A stretch of DNA of 64,000 bases. It comes from Tubiluchus corallicola (Eukaryota; Animalia; Priapulida). The translations under genes were made by a program, and so were the position numbers. The number at the start of each line of letters is the position of its first letter. The stretch's first letter is position 1. The notes below the pieces were generated by a model that worked only from the letters and a program-made list of their open reading frames with translations, was not told the DNA's origin and made no database searches. Shown here piece after piece: positions 11,320-24,559 of this stretch. The stretch is from assembly GCA_030141605.1 (NCBI GenBank), contig JAQGDQ010000862.1, positions 1 through 64,000 of the forward strand. The letters are read 5' to 3'.

Positions 11320-13370
11320 TCCTCAGTAAGGTTTTGCTTCATATATTCTTAACTAAATTTAACTTAGGTATAAAGCCACACTGTACCAACTGCATGACAG
11401 TTTGCATTCTACAATTTTTTTTAGCATAGTATTAACATTTTACTTTAAGTTTTGTGATGCACAAAGTCACTAAAGTAAAAATTTGTTGAGTCATTAAACA
11501 TAAAAAAAATTACTCTGCACCAGTTCTGATTCACTTGGATTACTTGTTGTCTTGTAATGAATTTTCTATATTTACATATTGTAGCTGTTGCTTTATTTGT
11601 GATTTTGTACACTAGATGGGTGACAGACATTACCCGAACCTATTCAGTCAATTGGAGCAGCCGCCATTACTAGACATGCATGCTGCACTCCTGCGCTGTC
11701 AATCACTCTTACCTATATGCTCTCGTGTTGCTTCCATGCATGCATTACTACACACACTGCTCTAGCATGTATGAGAGTGCACCATGTCTCTGTCACGTTC
11801 TACACAGGCCCACATGTTTTGATAAAATATTTTCTACATCTATGTACACTAGCCAAAAATGAATGCGGAGAATTATCCGTTTTCAAGCTAATGTTTGCTG
11901 TTTTGGTACAAAGGTATTACCGAAAACCCAAATGATGTGAATAAAATTTTGCAGACGTTTTCATAGAAACCAGAGCTGGTAGAACTGCCTTATTCTCTGT
12001 TTCCATGTTTCTATGTACTGTGAAAAATAACATAATAGATGAAATTGTCACAGCAGCCACCCATCCATTTAGCTGCAAGTATCTGTAGTGCATTAATTCC
12101 TCCATTGCTACTTATCAAGTAAACCTCTCAACTTCTCCATTATTGTCATTTAGCGACAGAAGATCAAAAGCAGTTTCGCTTGAGAGCTGGAAATAAAGCT
12201 TTGTTATCAAAGCACAGGTGTGTTCTGTTATTTCTGTTGGAAGTTTATGCTTGTCATAATATATCGCCCTGGGAAACGTGTTTTGTTAAGATTGAAAGGA
12301 ATGTCTTTTTAGATTTGAAAGCTTTTTAAACTGTTTGTATAGCAAATATTGGGCTAAAAGCTTTTCTTGTGATAATAAAGGGTGAAACCGCCTAACATTA
12401 ATTGCTGTTTGGATAAGATGGAGAAAGTCTTAAGTGCTCAGCCACCTGAACAAAAGACTCTTTGTAAGACGAAGAAAGTTTTAAATGCTCAGCCACCTGA
12501 ACAAAAGGCTCTTTATATGACGGAGAAAGTTTTAAGTGCTCAGCCACCTGAACAAAGGGCTCTTTATATGACGGAGAAAGTTTTAAGTGCTCAGCCACCT
12601 GAACAAAAGGCTCTTTATGTGGAATTCTAAGATTCAAGTTCTGTTGTTGATTTTGAGCTGGGATAATTGCAGAGAGTGGTTCTGAAGCAAAGAAAGATAT
12701 TTTCCCACATTTTAACATCTTGTGTAAACTAACCCGAACACCTGGAACAGACGTCAGGGAAAGAGTTATGTAAGAAAAATTGAATGAACCGAATGCCCCA
12801 TAACTACGAAAGATTTTGGGACATTTTCGATTTTTAGTGAAAAATTAAAATTTTGCCAAATCTGCTGATACCGTTAACCAAATATTACTGAAAATGCTAG
12901 GGAATTTTTTTTTAAATTATTGCAACGTCATTTCAAACCCTATCTGCCATTGTTTTAAAAGGATTAATAGTTTCCTGTAAACTAGCAGTGAACAAAAGTT
13001 TTTTTCCATGTTATTACATTTTTGAGCAAATTAGCCACCCAAGAACTGCTACCCCTGTGAAAAGAAAGAGCTTTCAAATCCGAGGCCCATAGATATTGTG
13101 TTGTTTTGTTTGTGTTGGGATGTGAGAAATTTCTGAAATTTACTTGTGTCAATAAATCAGCCTAGGAGTCTTGAGAAAGATGCCACTCAAAGAGTTAAGA
13201 AAATAAAGCAGATAGTATTCAAAGACAGCATTACGCACATGGGAAAGATTTAAGAAAATAAAGCAGAACAATCACACACCTAAATTTCAGAGCCTGCATT
13301 CCACACCTGAAAGGATTTAAGCAAAAATAGCAGAGTGTTTACACACTTGAATTTCAAAGCTTGAATTCCT
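11320..13370 (+). repeat. Most complete copy of the composite L-C-B-A repeat unit; 11610-12770 closely duplicated at 42140-43227
   Basis: Long near-identical stretches between the two loci; single modules recur at 16420-16960, 18830-19125, 29340-30950, 31490-32695, 33330-33800, 50470-51050, 59270-59850 and 63950-64000. Confidence 0.9.
12418..12620 (+). repeat. 51-bp VNTR, 4 copies (3 copies at ~42921-43070)
   Basis: Unit GGAGAAAGTTTTAAGTGCTCAGCCACCTGAACAAAAGGCTCTTTATATGAC; 17-aa period in the ORF track. Confidence 0.95.
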
Positions 13371-14544
13371 CGGCAGTGTGCAGTAAGCCTGACATGCAAA
13401 AACTATCTAACACATTTCTAAGATTCTACGTGAATAAGGGTGGATGGAGAAGGCCAAAATTCGAGTTTTTTAGCTTGTTATTTTTTCGCAAAAATTGGCG
13501 TGTATGAAAACACCCCTGAAGTACTTCGTCAAGGTCTCTGGGGTAATGTTTAGCACACAAATTTCGATATTCCATTTCCGGATTTGCTCGCCTGTAAAAC
13601 TGTGTAATGCTGATTATGATCTTTGTTGTATATTTCTCAGTCTATTACCGTCGCCAAAATGAATAAATAAAAGGTAGATAAACTATTAATAACATTTATG
13701 CATTATTGATTATATATCTATTATTTAACAAATATTTTGTGAGTCTTTTTTCTAGCCTATATCATACCAATACAGATAAATTTTTACACGTTTGCTTGCT
13801 TATCTTTGGTAATTTGTTTAGCAATCAGACGAATAAGTTTAGAATTGCTCGGCTTTGGCAGAGATCTGCATCCTATATATTCTAGTTTTACTATAGAAAT
13901 TAATTGTATGTAACACTATGTGCCATTTTTTCCTGTGCCATTTTATCATACAAAGCACCTGATATTGTGGTTGTCATTGTCGTTGTTATTGCTGTTGCTG
14001 TTGTTATTGTAAAACAAAAACAAAGTCCATTTAACATGACTGTGTAGTAGACATAATCCAAGTACTCATAACTTGTGACAGAAGTTTCTTACACAAGTGC
14101 AAGCATATCTTTGTTACGTGGTGGTTATTGATAGTAATAAATAAATAATGAGAGTTTTGTTTTATCCTTCAGTCATTAACTCCTTCAGGACCGATTGTAG
14201 TTGCTTCATTTTGCCTGGGTGAAGGAAAAGCTGCTCTTACTAACCATTCTATTTTATAATTTTTACTCCTTTCTCCTTCTACTCCTTCTCCTTCTACTCC
14301 TCCTACAATGGATCTTCATGCAAATATTATATATGAAATGCATTTGCTTACACTAGACAAATCGAAAATCATTTCTTGATTAAAAAAAAATAAAAAAGTT
14401 TTCAGTAACTGCAATGTTTGCACTGTAAACATTGTACAGCTTTGCTTGTGTGAAAATGGCTAATACAGAAGATTTCAGCACTCCAGACACAAAACACTGA
14501 TACACTGTGGCCTCAAGCCAAATAACAATATATACACAATAACA

Positions 14545-15465
14545 ATGTAGTTTTAAACAACATGTGAATCTAAAAAAAACTTAATGGATAGCATGTATAA
14601 GAGCTATAATCAGCTTACATGTACAGAACAGTACCGAAAACATAACAGCACAAAAGGTTACAAATAAAAAAGGAAGTGGTCACCCACCCAATATAGATGT
14701 TGTCACAGTTTTGTTTAACTTTCACAAGAAATTAAAAAAAAACAAATAATAATAATAATAATAATAATGCAAAACTAATAGTAATGCTGCTTACAAAACA
14801 TACGCAAATCTTGAGCTAACACATGACTTTTCATGAAAACAAACTGATCTAAAACTGTCAAGCAAATCAAAAAGTGGAAAATCATCGTAAGAAATGCGCT
14901 AGAATACGACCAGAAAAACTTCATCACAAAATCTAACAAACTCATTGCAACAGTAAAATTGGTTTAAAAGTAAAAGCTAAAGAGCTTTATATTGAACTAG
15001 TCGTATAAATTGTTTTGATAGTTTTGAGGAACGGATTTTGTTAGAAACTTTTAAAAGATGACTATGTTGTTTTGATGCCAAAGTTTTGTTTTCATGTTTT
15101 CATGTTTTCATGTTTGAAGTCAAGATTTGGTGAAAATAAAGTGTAACGGACACAAGAAAGTGTCACAGTGATGTGTGTATGCGTAGACTCATGCATAAAG
15201 CTGCTTAAAATTTTCTTAGTTACAGAGTTTTATTGTTACCCAATAACAATGTAGTTTTAAACCACAATTAAATCTGGAAAAACTTAACGGATAGCATGTA
15301 TAACAGTTACATGTACAGATCAATACCGAAAATATAACAGTACAAAAGGTTACAAATAAAAAAGCAAGTAGTCACCCACCCATTATAGATGTTACCACAG
15401 TGTTGTTTAACTGTCACAAAAACAAATAATAATAATGCAAAACTAACTGTCAAACAAATCAAATA
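14545..15465 (+). repeat. Local direct duplication (~14545-14820 and ~15242-15465)
   Basis: Both contain AATAACAATGTAGTTTTAAAC...GGATAGCATGTATAA...CAAAAGGTTACAAATAAAAA...GTCACCCACCCA.TATAGATGTT. Confidence 0.85.
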
Positions 15466-17626
15466 ATTCTAAAACTGATGACTGCACACAGGGCGTCAAA
15501 CCTCAGTCTAACAATTATTCAACAAGTGGGGGGTCATTCTACTAGAACATTATTGTGACAACATCTAGTTACATTGTTTAATGTTGTTTTAGTGGTTTTT
15601 GTAAACAAAATCATACAGTGCAATATTATTTGTCAGTATTACATAAGAATGTTGAAATGCAGCTGTATTTTTGAACCATGTACTACGTACCAGGGCCTTA
15701 ACCATTGTAGTAAACTGCTGTTTGCTATATTACAGATTACATCCTGCAGCTGCTGAATGAAATACGGGTTTAGACGGCAGGTGAACTTTGACAGAGTGTA
15801 GCATGACAACAACAAAATACAGTTGATCCAATGCCACGGTCTGATAGCACTGTTTCTATCTTTTCTTTTAGCTTTTCCTTTACATATGATTAGTCTAACA
15901 CTTTTGTATCACTTTTGTTATTTCAAAAACATAACATCACTCCATATTAGGGAATAACATTACACACAAAATTTGGGGAATTATTATTATTATCATTTTC
16001 TTAGGGGAAATAACACCAAAATAAAGTTAAGCTTGAATAACTCTTAATTATATTGCTAATACAAATGCGAACCTCGTTATTCATGCAAATTTAACACACC
16101 TACAACAATATACTATAATGGAACTATAACTTATGACGGTAGTAAAATATCATCAGCAGAGCTGTGCTAGTTTAACGTTTTCACTCGGGAGAAGGGTACG
16201 TGCAGTACATTAGCGTTTCTCGTGAGATATGAGAAACAAAACTGTTACTTGGCTAAAAAAAGTTTAGGCAACCCTAAAATATGTTTAACTTGATTTTCAT
16301 GATATTTCCCCTTTAAGTGGTTTTGCAAGATCATTAACTACAAGAGGTGTTTTACCATATTCTCCCTATCAGGATAAAAACCAGCTAACATCGGAGAAAC
16401 AGCAATAACATTTTCTGCACACACCAATCCATTTAGTTGCAAGTTTCGGTAGTGCATAACTGTTATTGCTATCTATTCTTTATGTCATGGCGTTCTCAAG
16501 CTATTCCATTATTTTCAAAAAGTGAAATGCGTGTTTGCCTGTGTGCAAAATTTCCTTTGTCTGTGTGGGTTTAGAATTTTCTTTAGGAAGCAGTGGTGTG
16601 TTCGATTATTTCTGCTGCTTGTTGATGCTTGAAATAATATAACTGGGAGATACACAATAAGATGTTTTGTTAACTTTGAAAGGAATATAATGGCCTTTTC
16701 AGATTTGAAAGCTTTTGAAAGTATGTTTAATACAAACGCTGGGGTAGAAACTGGTTTTCCTTTTCACGAAATTAAAGGGCGAGACACTGTAAAAGTAATT
16801 GCTGTTTGGATAAGACAGAGAAAGTTTTTTAAAAGTTCTTAGCGACACGAACAAAAGACCTTTTAATGTGGATTCAAGTTCTGTTATTGATCTTGAGCAT
16901 GGATAAATTGTTGAGAGCAAAGAAAAATACTTTCCAATGTTTTAAATTCTTGTGTAAATTGAGGGAAAAAGTTATCATATAACATTAAAAATATAGGACG
17001 CCAAAGAACAAACTAAAATAGTGAATGTCTTGTGATTGGGAAAGATTTTGCATAAAAGAAAATTAGCCAATGTGAAACTACAGATACATAGCTCAAACAT
17101 TCACTAGATGTCATTGAAAAATTTTTTTGGCACAATTCACCAAACCTGTTATCAAAAATTGAAATTTATTTGAAAGGCATTTGCTAGGAAAAGATTTTAG
17201 ACATTTGTGTGAAATCAAATAACCAGATCTGTTATGGAAGCAAAAAGTGATGATCTGACAGTAAATATAATTGAAAATTTGGGTATTTTGAAGTAAAGAA
17301 ATATAATTCCCTGATTATAATTTTTTTATAATATATAGATAACATGAGCTGAGCCGTCAAATGAACAAAAACGCTGTCTTTCCCAAAAAATGCTTTTCTA
17401 GGTTTTCATTAAAGCTTTCGTGCTGTCACCATAGATTGCCAAATGCTACTATTGCATTAATGTTTATTAAGGTATCAAGCTATCATTAAATATTATTAAA
17501 AAAATTGCAAATTCTTTGAAGGTTATTCCTCAGGCACTTCAATGGATTTAAAGATGAAATAATGGTCTACTGATTGTTGTAAATTGTTGAAAATCTTTGA
17601 AAATACAAGAAATGTTGTAATGAGGT

Positions 17627-18530
17627 GGCTACAAAAATGCAACAGGAAAATGGCTCAGAAAAAATGGCATAGAAAAAATAACTGAAATTGCAAAAGTAGG
17701 TAAAAAATGAAACACAGTATGTGGTTCGGGTTAGGGTTACAGTGGGCGATTATAATTTTAGTTTTTAACTCTGTCTTGGAAGTTGTGCTTCAACACAGTT
17801 TGTTAGTTTTGTTTGTTTTTTGTCTATTATGTAAATCTTTTTGAAGAAATGTGGGTAGAGGAGAGCATATTTGGAATACTTTTGCTATTCACAAAACTTG
17901 ACGTGTGCAGTAAAAAACGAGAAACACTTTGCCAAAATCTGTGAGTGTATGTGTACTATGGGTGACCATTGAACGTTCGAATTCAAATGAACAGTCCCAA
18001 ATTCGGTTGGATTTGAATTCGCTTTCTGGTAGAGAATGCTCACCCCTAGTGTGTGCTACACACCTCTTGTTTGTTATCTCCACCTAAACAGATAATTACG
18101 AGTTAATACGAGGTTCATTTCGAGAAATTCTCGCTCATAAAGCTGTGTGTAATGCAGATTATGATCTATGCTTGCATATTTGTCAGTCATTTTAAATTCC
18201 CAAAATGAAATAGTAAAAGGTAAATAAACACTGTGTGGAGCAGCAGCACATTACTGTTTATAAAATTGTTTGACAAACAAATATTTTGCTAGCCTGTATC
18301 ATACTAATACAGATACATTTTTGTGTGTTTGCTTGTTTATCTTTGTGTTAAATTTTTTAGCCAAAAGATGCAGAAGAATAAGTTTTTAGAATTGTCCTGC
18401 TCTGGCAGAGATTTGTTTCCTATGAGCGCATTCTAGTTTTATTGTAGAAATCAATTGCATCCATGTAACATTATGTGCCATTTTTCCCTGTTCCCTTTTT
18501 TATCTGCACCGTTTTAGTTGTGCACAGCTG
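17627..18530. mobile_element. Non-autonomous element with inverted subterminal AAAAATGGCA / TGCCATTTTT motif clusters; related copy ~45140-45955, partial copies ~13370-13960 and ~32990-33110
   Basis: Repeated AAAA(A)TGGC at 17630-17710 and TGTGCCATTTTT at ~18475-18510; internal sequence shared with 45280-45950. Confidence 0.55.
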
Positions 18531-21049
18531 CTGCTATTGTGGTTGTTATTGTCGTTGTCACTGCTACCTGTTGTCATTGCTGCTGCTGTTGCTGTTGTTG
18601 TTATTATTGAAAAAAAAACAAAAGCAAGGACAGGCTAAGTGTGAATATGCAGTAGATACAATCCATTTACTAAAATTTGTGACACAATTTCCTACATATG
18701 TTCTCTGCAATTCTTTGTTGGTTATTGATAGTAACAAATAACCAATGAGAGTGCACGAAAAATTGCTCTCACTAAGCAGTGATCATGTTGTATTGTAGCT
18801 GTTACATAAGTTGCAATTTTGTACAGTGGATGGCTGTCTCGCTTTGCCCAATAATATTCAGCTAATTGGAGCAGTTATATTATTACAAATCTTATTTCAA
18901 GACTGCATATTAATTTTGATTTCAAATGCGTAATACTAAACCTACCTACTATCATTTATGTAATTGTTAGTAACTACTGTTTGTTAATTATTATTGTTTT
19001 AGTTGTTGTATTGTACAATAGATGGCTCACTGATATTACCCAAAACTATTCAGCCAATTGGAGCATCTGCCATTGCTAGACACGCATACTGATAGTAACT
19101 CTTACACACGAGCTCTCATGTGCATCGGAACTACAGGAATAGCTATCAAAAATACAGGTTATCATAGTTATTCTTCTTTAAATTTCTAAAGGGTAAGAAG
19201 AAGTGAATAAATGCAGAGCATAACTAATAAATCCAATACGGATTATAAATGGACTAATGAGACTACTGAGTCAGTTGTAAGTGAAAACACCTAAAGCTTA
19301 AATAATCTGAATTTATTGTAAACAGAAAAGCCTGACTAGACTCTCACACAATTTTTACAATTTTTGCTATGGATTTTAAACAAGAATGGACAATTCCCAA
19401 TCATTTTAAAGTACAAAAGGTTTCTCCCAGTTGTACTGCACATTTTCTTGTATTGTAACTGTAGATATAAGTTAAGATGTGTATAAATGCAATAAAATAC
19501 AACCCGTAAATCAGAAGTGGTAGATATACTACTTGTACTAGAAGTAGTTTTTCTGTTTTTGGGAAATCGGTTTGGAGCAGTTATTTATTCAAAACTCCAG
19601 CATTAATGCTATGTAACTTAAAATAATAATACTTTTTACACCAAACAGTCACTTTTTCTTTTTACAATCAATATAAAATATAAATAATTATAAAAACACG
19701 TTACATTATAATTTTATACGAAAAAACTCAAAATAATATTTATAATAATGATGATCATTTCCACCACAACAGCAGCCCATACAAATCTCACTACAGTACA
19801 CATCACTACATGGTAAATCACATTTACAAAATTATTATAAATTTCCCAGCAAAGTTATTATAAATTTTCATTCTCATAAATTGACGCATTGAATTATGAA
19901 AAAATCATGTGCATGTTCTCTTGGTATCCCGGCGATTTTGTTGGATTATAAAGAACAGATTTTACTACTTTTAAAAGTGCTACACCACACAACTACAACC
20001 AAGAAAAGAGCAGTGTAAATACTTCTCAAGTTAATTTTACAGATTTTTGTTAATTTATATGTAGTTATAGTGCTGTAGAATAAATGTGTTGTCTCTATTT
20101 AAACTCATTATGCTAAATACATGTTAGTCATAATTTTTGATTTTCCCATTTTTCTACTATTCCATGACCACTTACTGGACCTAGTTCTCACTGAACTAAA
20201 GGATTTATTGTCAACAATGGTCAAATAGAAAATGTTGTTAACACTGGACAGATAATAAAGTGATTATCATTTTTCTGAAGATTTTTAAAAACTACTTTTT
20301 TACTATCAAAACAATAGCGTGAGCATTAAATAAAAATACTATTGAATTCATTCAGTTGATTTTTCATCTGTTGTTTTTCATTCACTTATTTTGGTTTCTC
20401 AACCATCTTCCTGATGTCTCTTCCCTGTTGTGGCAGCCTCTTGTGTGACGTATTTGCAAAAGTAACTTTAAATTTGAGAAATAATTAAATATGAATGGAA
20501 AACTCTTTATCCTAATTAAATGAACCAAAAATAAACTTTGCAGTAAATTCGCTAGACTCTAAAGGGTTATTGTGTTCAACATTTGCAGTAACATTAAATT
20601 TTGTTCAAACCTCCCTAGCTGTCAATCACGAATTGAATTGGTTGGGTGCAATTCGTAGAAAAACACTGATCGTTTCAATTCTTGATCACGAATCAGTATT
20701 TACAAATCGTATTTGCGAAATTCATTTCACACAAAGTTTCATGCTCGTAAGAAAGCGTTAGTGTGGCTGTTTTACTCAGATTGCAGGTCAGATTCTTGGA
20801 TTTTATTGATTTTGTAATAATGTGCTAAAGAAACGAGTCACTGTTTCAGTCAATTTAGTTTGCTCAATGCAAAATGTGATATCTTTATGCAAAGTTACCA
20901 GCACAGTAAAAAACGTTGGGTGAAATTTTTGACACTCTGCTGCAATGGAGAAGATAATCCACCAATGTAATTTTCAGTGAGTTATTAGCCTGTACATCAA
21001 CCTCAGCTTAGAAATAGCATAGAGCAACGAGATTAGTATCTGAATGGTC

Positions 21050-21604
21050 CTCATGGAATGAAGATTCAGAATGTGAATAGCTAGAAAAGCTTCATTGCTG
21101 TCTTGTGGACAATTTTTCTACGCAAGCACACATTGTGATTTTACTGATTGGGGCATTTCCACTGTGTGCAACAAACACATTTATGTTTATAAAACATATA
21201 CAATTCAAAGATATAAGTAGATACACAATTACAAGTACAATCAATTAGCAAAACGTTTAGCAGACTTATGCAGTTCTGCAAAAATTTGAGGAAAATGCCA
21301 CTAGATTGACCTTGTGCCGGATTCCCTAACAAACGATTTTCTTGGTAAGTTTGTGTGTTCGACCATTTTAGCACCGCGTGCAGATTCGCTAAGCCAGTCT
21401 TTGTAAAAATCTTCTTAAATTAGTTGGAAACTTTGCACAAGGATTATGGATTATTTAGTTGTAAATTTGCATGCAGTGGACAGTTTAAATGGCAGGTCTT
21501 CTTGTGGAAAAGGAAAAGGCTGACAAAAGAAATTTTTTTTGCAAATAGATTTAGACTTCTCGTATGAAAGTGTTAATTATAGTCCACAAGTCTAGTTTCG
21601 CCCC

Positions 21605-21654
<50 letters not shown>

Positions 21655-21790
21655 GCTTCTATAGATTTGTCTATTTTGTATATTCATCTGTCTATGTACT
21701 TATCCGCGAGCAACACGACAGCAATCATGAAAATAGAAAATCTAAATAAAGTTAATAATGGAGTCCTTGAGATGTATTCTTGAAGGCAAG
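21050..21790 (+). repeat. Segment duplicated at ~34660-35090 and ~36696-36880 (LINE remnant lies between)
   Basis: Shared TCCTCATGGAATG.A..TTCAGAATGT, CAATTTTTCTACGCAAG, and the (TC)n-TTCTTGCTTCTATA...GAGCAACACGACAGCA flank. Confidence 0.85.
21604..21648. repeat. (TC)n microsatellite
   Basis: Direct inspection; paralogous tract at 36696-36728. Confidence 0.97.
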
Positions 21791-21791
21791 T

Positions 21792-22260
21792 GTAACATTC
21801 GGATCACGAAATTCTTTGCTAGCCCAACTGGGCCTCAAACTTGGGTCGGGCAACTTAAGTCAAGACGGATTGCTGAATGGGTCGGTGACTCCAAATGTTA
21901 AAGAGCAGCAATATTTGTTTTAATTCTAAGGCATATACAAGCACAGGAGGGGTCGGTCCATCCTAAAGTACAAAGAATGGGCCAATAGCAATAGCGTGTG
22001 AACACAACAAAGAATAAATAAACAAACTGCCATATTTTTAACATTTTATTCGGCAAAATTAATTATTTAATCAAAAACAATAAACAAAAAAAAACTCACA
22101 ACTTGCACAAGAACAGCGGGGTACCCCTCATTTAATATCAGTCGGGTAGCATTTAACATAAGCGGGACGCCTCCCGAAAAGTTCCGAAGTTCATGCACTT
22201 TGGTTGCTAGAATCACTTTGCTATCAAATCAATGTCCCCTCGCCTGACTGGCTTAACGAG
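21792..22260 (-). mobile_element. Possible degraded LTR piece
   Basis: Starts TGTAACA at the point where similarity to the 36700-36880 paralog stops; TTTATT signal; no matching 3' end or TSD found. Confidence 0.3.
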
Positions 22261-22902
22261 ATTAGCGGACGATGACAGACCATTGGGATTCTCCTGACAT
22301 CCTCTCCACCTAATGAGTCAGGTACCAGGCTTTCAGAAGGTATAGAAGTCTACTTTTTGTGCCGTTTTGCTTGAAATCTCCACCAATCATGGAAGCATGC
22401 ACATCACAGGAAAATGTCATTTGCCAAATATAAGACGTATGGCTCCGTCTACTCAAGATAAATGACTGGTAGTGTGAGCAATTCAATCCATGTAGCTATT
22501 GCAAGTCATGAAGAGGATTACAAAAGTATCCGAAGCAACGTCTTGTCAGCCAACACCCTGACAATGCTCTGCCGCCAGGGCAACACTAACTGCACATAGA
22601 AGTTTTTCTTCTTTCTGCATTTTGGGTATGCGAAGCAAGTCGATTACTTCTTGAATTATAATGGCGAAGGCGAGGTTCTTCAGCGAGCTGATTCAAAATG
22701 TAAACAAAGTGGAATCTTTCTTAAGGAGAGTTTTGTGTCTACACGATTGATGCTAATTGATATATAAATTTTTAATACGAGTTTTATACAAAGGATTTGA
22801 ACATGGATTTACTTGTTCACTAATTTTATTAACTCCTTCTTGACCATAAATGACTAAGCAGCGATTACGTTACATTTAATAGTTACATTTGATAGTTTTT
22901 GT

Positions 22903-23845
22903 CAGGGGCGTCTTGCACCCAAAAAAATTGGGGGGGGGGCGACTATAATGGCGGATTTTAACTGTTTAAATTTGAATTTTAAATTTTGAAAATTTAATTT
23001 TGAAAAAAAAATAAGCAGCATTTTGCATGCAAGAAAAACGATTTATTTAACATGGCATTTAACTTAAAGCTATAGCAATGGAAACTTAATTAAAATTAAA
23101 TATTTAATTAAGTATTTATCAGCTGTCAGGAATCCGACACAGAACATCACTCCAGAAGAGCTCAACCACAGACTTCAAGTCCATATAGAATCACGTGAAA
23201 ATTCGCAGCGAAAACTAGCAGATATTCTCCTAACAGGCCAAAAATGATGAAATGTGCTCAAAATCACGCCCTTTTATGCAGCAAACTCGTGGGAAAGAGT
23301 CACTAAGGAGTAGCAAAGAGTCGGCAATGTCCAATCAGGAGGTGGCTGAGCCATGGCTCATCAATTGGTATCTCCCAAACTGACTCTCTGGTACTAGGCT
23401 AGCTCCACAAACTGACTCTCTGGTACCAGGCTAGCTCAACATGACTTCAATGTTTACATTGTTTTTGCTCTATTATTTCACTTATTCTCTATTATAACAC
23501 ACTGCTGAAGGAAGCTCGAGTGCTAACTGAGCCGTTTTGTTAACTAACAGTCTTTTGTACAAAGACACTAATGCTGCTCAACGAGCTGCTTTGTTAATTG
23601 TTCCTGCCTGCCTCCTGAATAGATTACATGCAAACAAATTAACTACATCCTGACTTTCAGGTAAACCCATACTCATGCTCATACTGTTCGCATTTATGGA
23701 GCGCTGGCGGCGCGTCAAAAAGTCGGAAATATATTTGCTTACCGGTCTCATTACGAGCCGCTGACGCCCTTCAAATTTTTGAAATTTTCTAAAATAATTG
23801 GGGGGGACCGCCCCCCCCCCGGGCCCCTATGGCACGACGCCACTG
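22903..23845. mobile_element. Non-autonomous hAT-type MITE (943 bp)
   Basis: TIRs CAGGGGCGTCTTGC / GCACGACGCCACTG (12/14 match); 8-bp TSD GTTTTTGT at 22895-22902 and 23846-23853; empty paralogous site at ~7930-7960. Confidence 0.93.
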
Positions 23846-24559
23846 GTTTTTGTAAGTTTCTATTTCACACTTCATGCAAAATTATATGTGGAATGTACCG
23901 TCTTACAGTAGGCAAAATATGTTTTTAAAGATTTTTTTACGAATAAAATGAAAAAAGTTTTCAATAACTGCAGTATATGCACTTTAAAAAAGGATAGTTG
24001 GTGTAAACTTTGTTAGCAGCAGCTTCTCTGGATATCATGTCGTTTCTGTGATTCTGAATTTCAAAACAATTGTGACACTTGATAATCAAACAAATGCTGC
24101 CAAACCATAACTCAACAAACAAACTGACTAAGTTATGTTATCAATTTTCAGACTTTATTCGAAAGTGGCACCTTAAAATTCTCTTATGTGAACCACTAAT
24201 AAAACATTAACAATATCGGGAAATCTAGTTAGAGCATTTTATATTTGCTTATGTGCAAAAGTGAAACTTCACAATGTATGTGTCATTCGACCATAGATAT
24301 TTATATTGCAATGTAATACCTAGATAGGCTGCATCAATTTACTCAATTTAGTGATGCAACACTCCCCCACTTTACGATGGGATTAGTTGTGCTTTATTCT
24401 TATAGAGTGAAACTGTTTGCTTACAAAAAGCAACAAGATTAGGTTTAAAACATCTTCCTTATATTTTCCTGAACTTTTACCGTTTTTCATATAAATTTGT
24501 TAATATTGTCAGTTCAATACATGTGCGTCTTTCAATTGTAATCTTAATATATTGTAAAT

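Noticed and set aside
12382-12718. ORFs with perfect peptide repeats (KVLSAQPPEQ / KEPFVQVAEHL)
   Set aside because: They arise from a 51-bp VNTR that is open on both strands; paralogs differ in copy number and frame.
17722-17740. Telomeric repeat
   Set aside because: Only ~2 imperfect TTAGGG units, inside a dispersed repeat.
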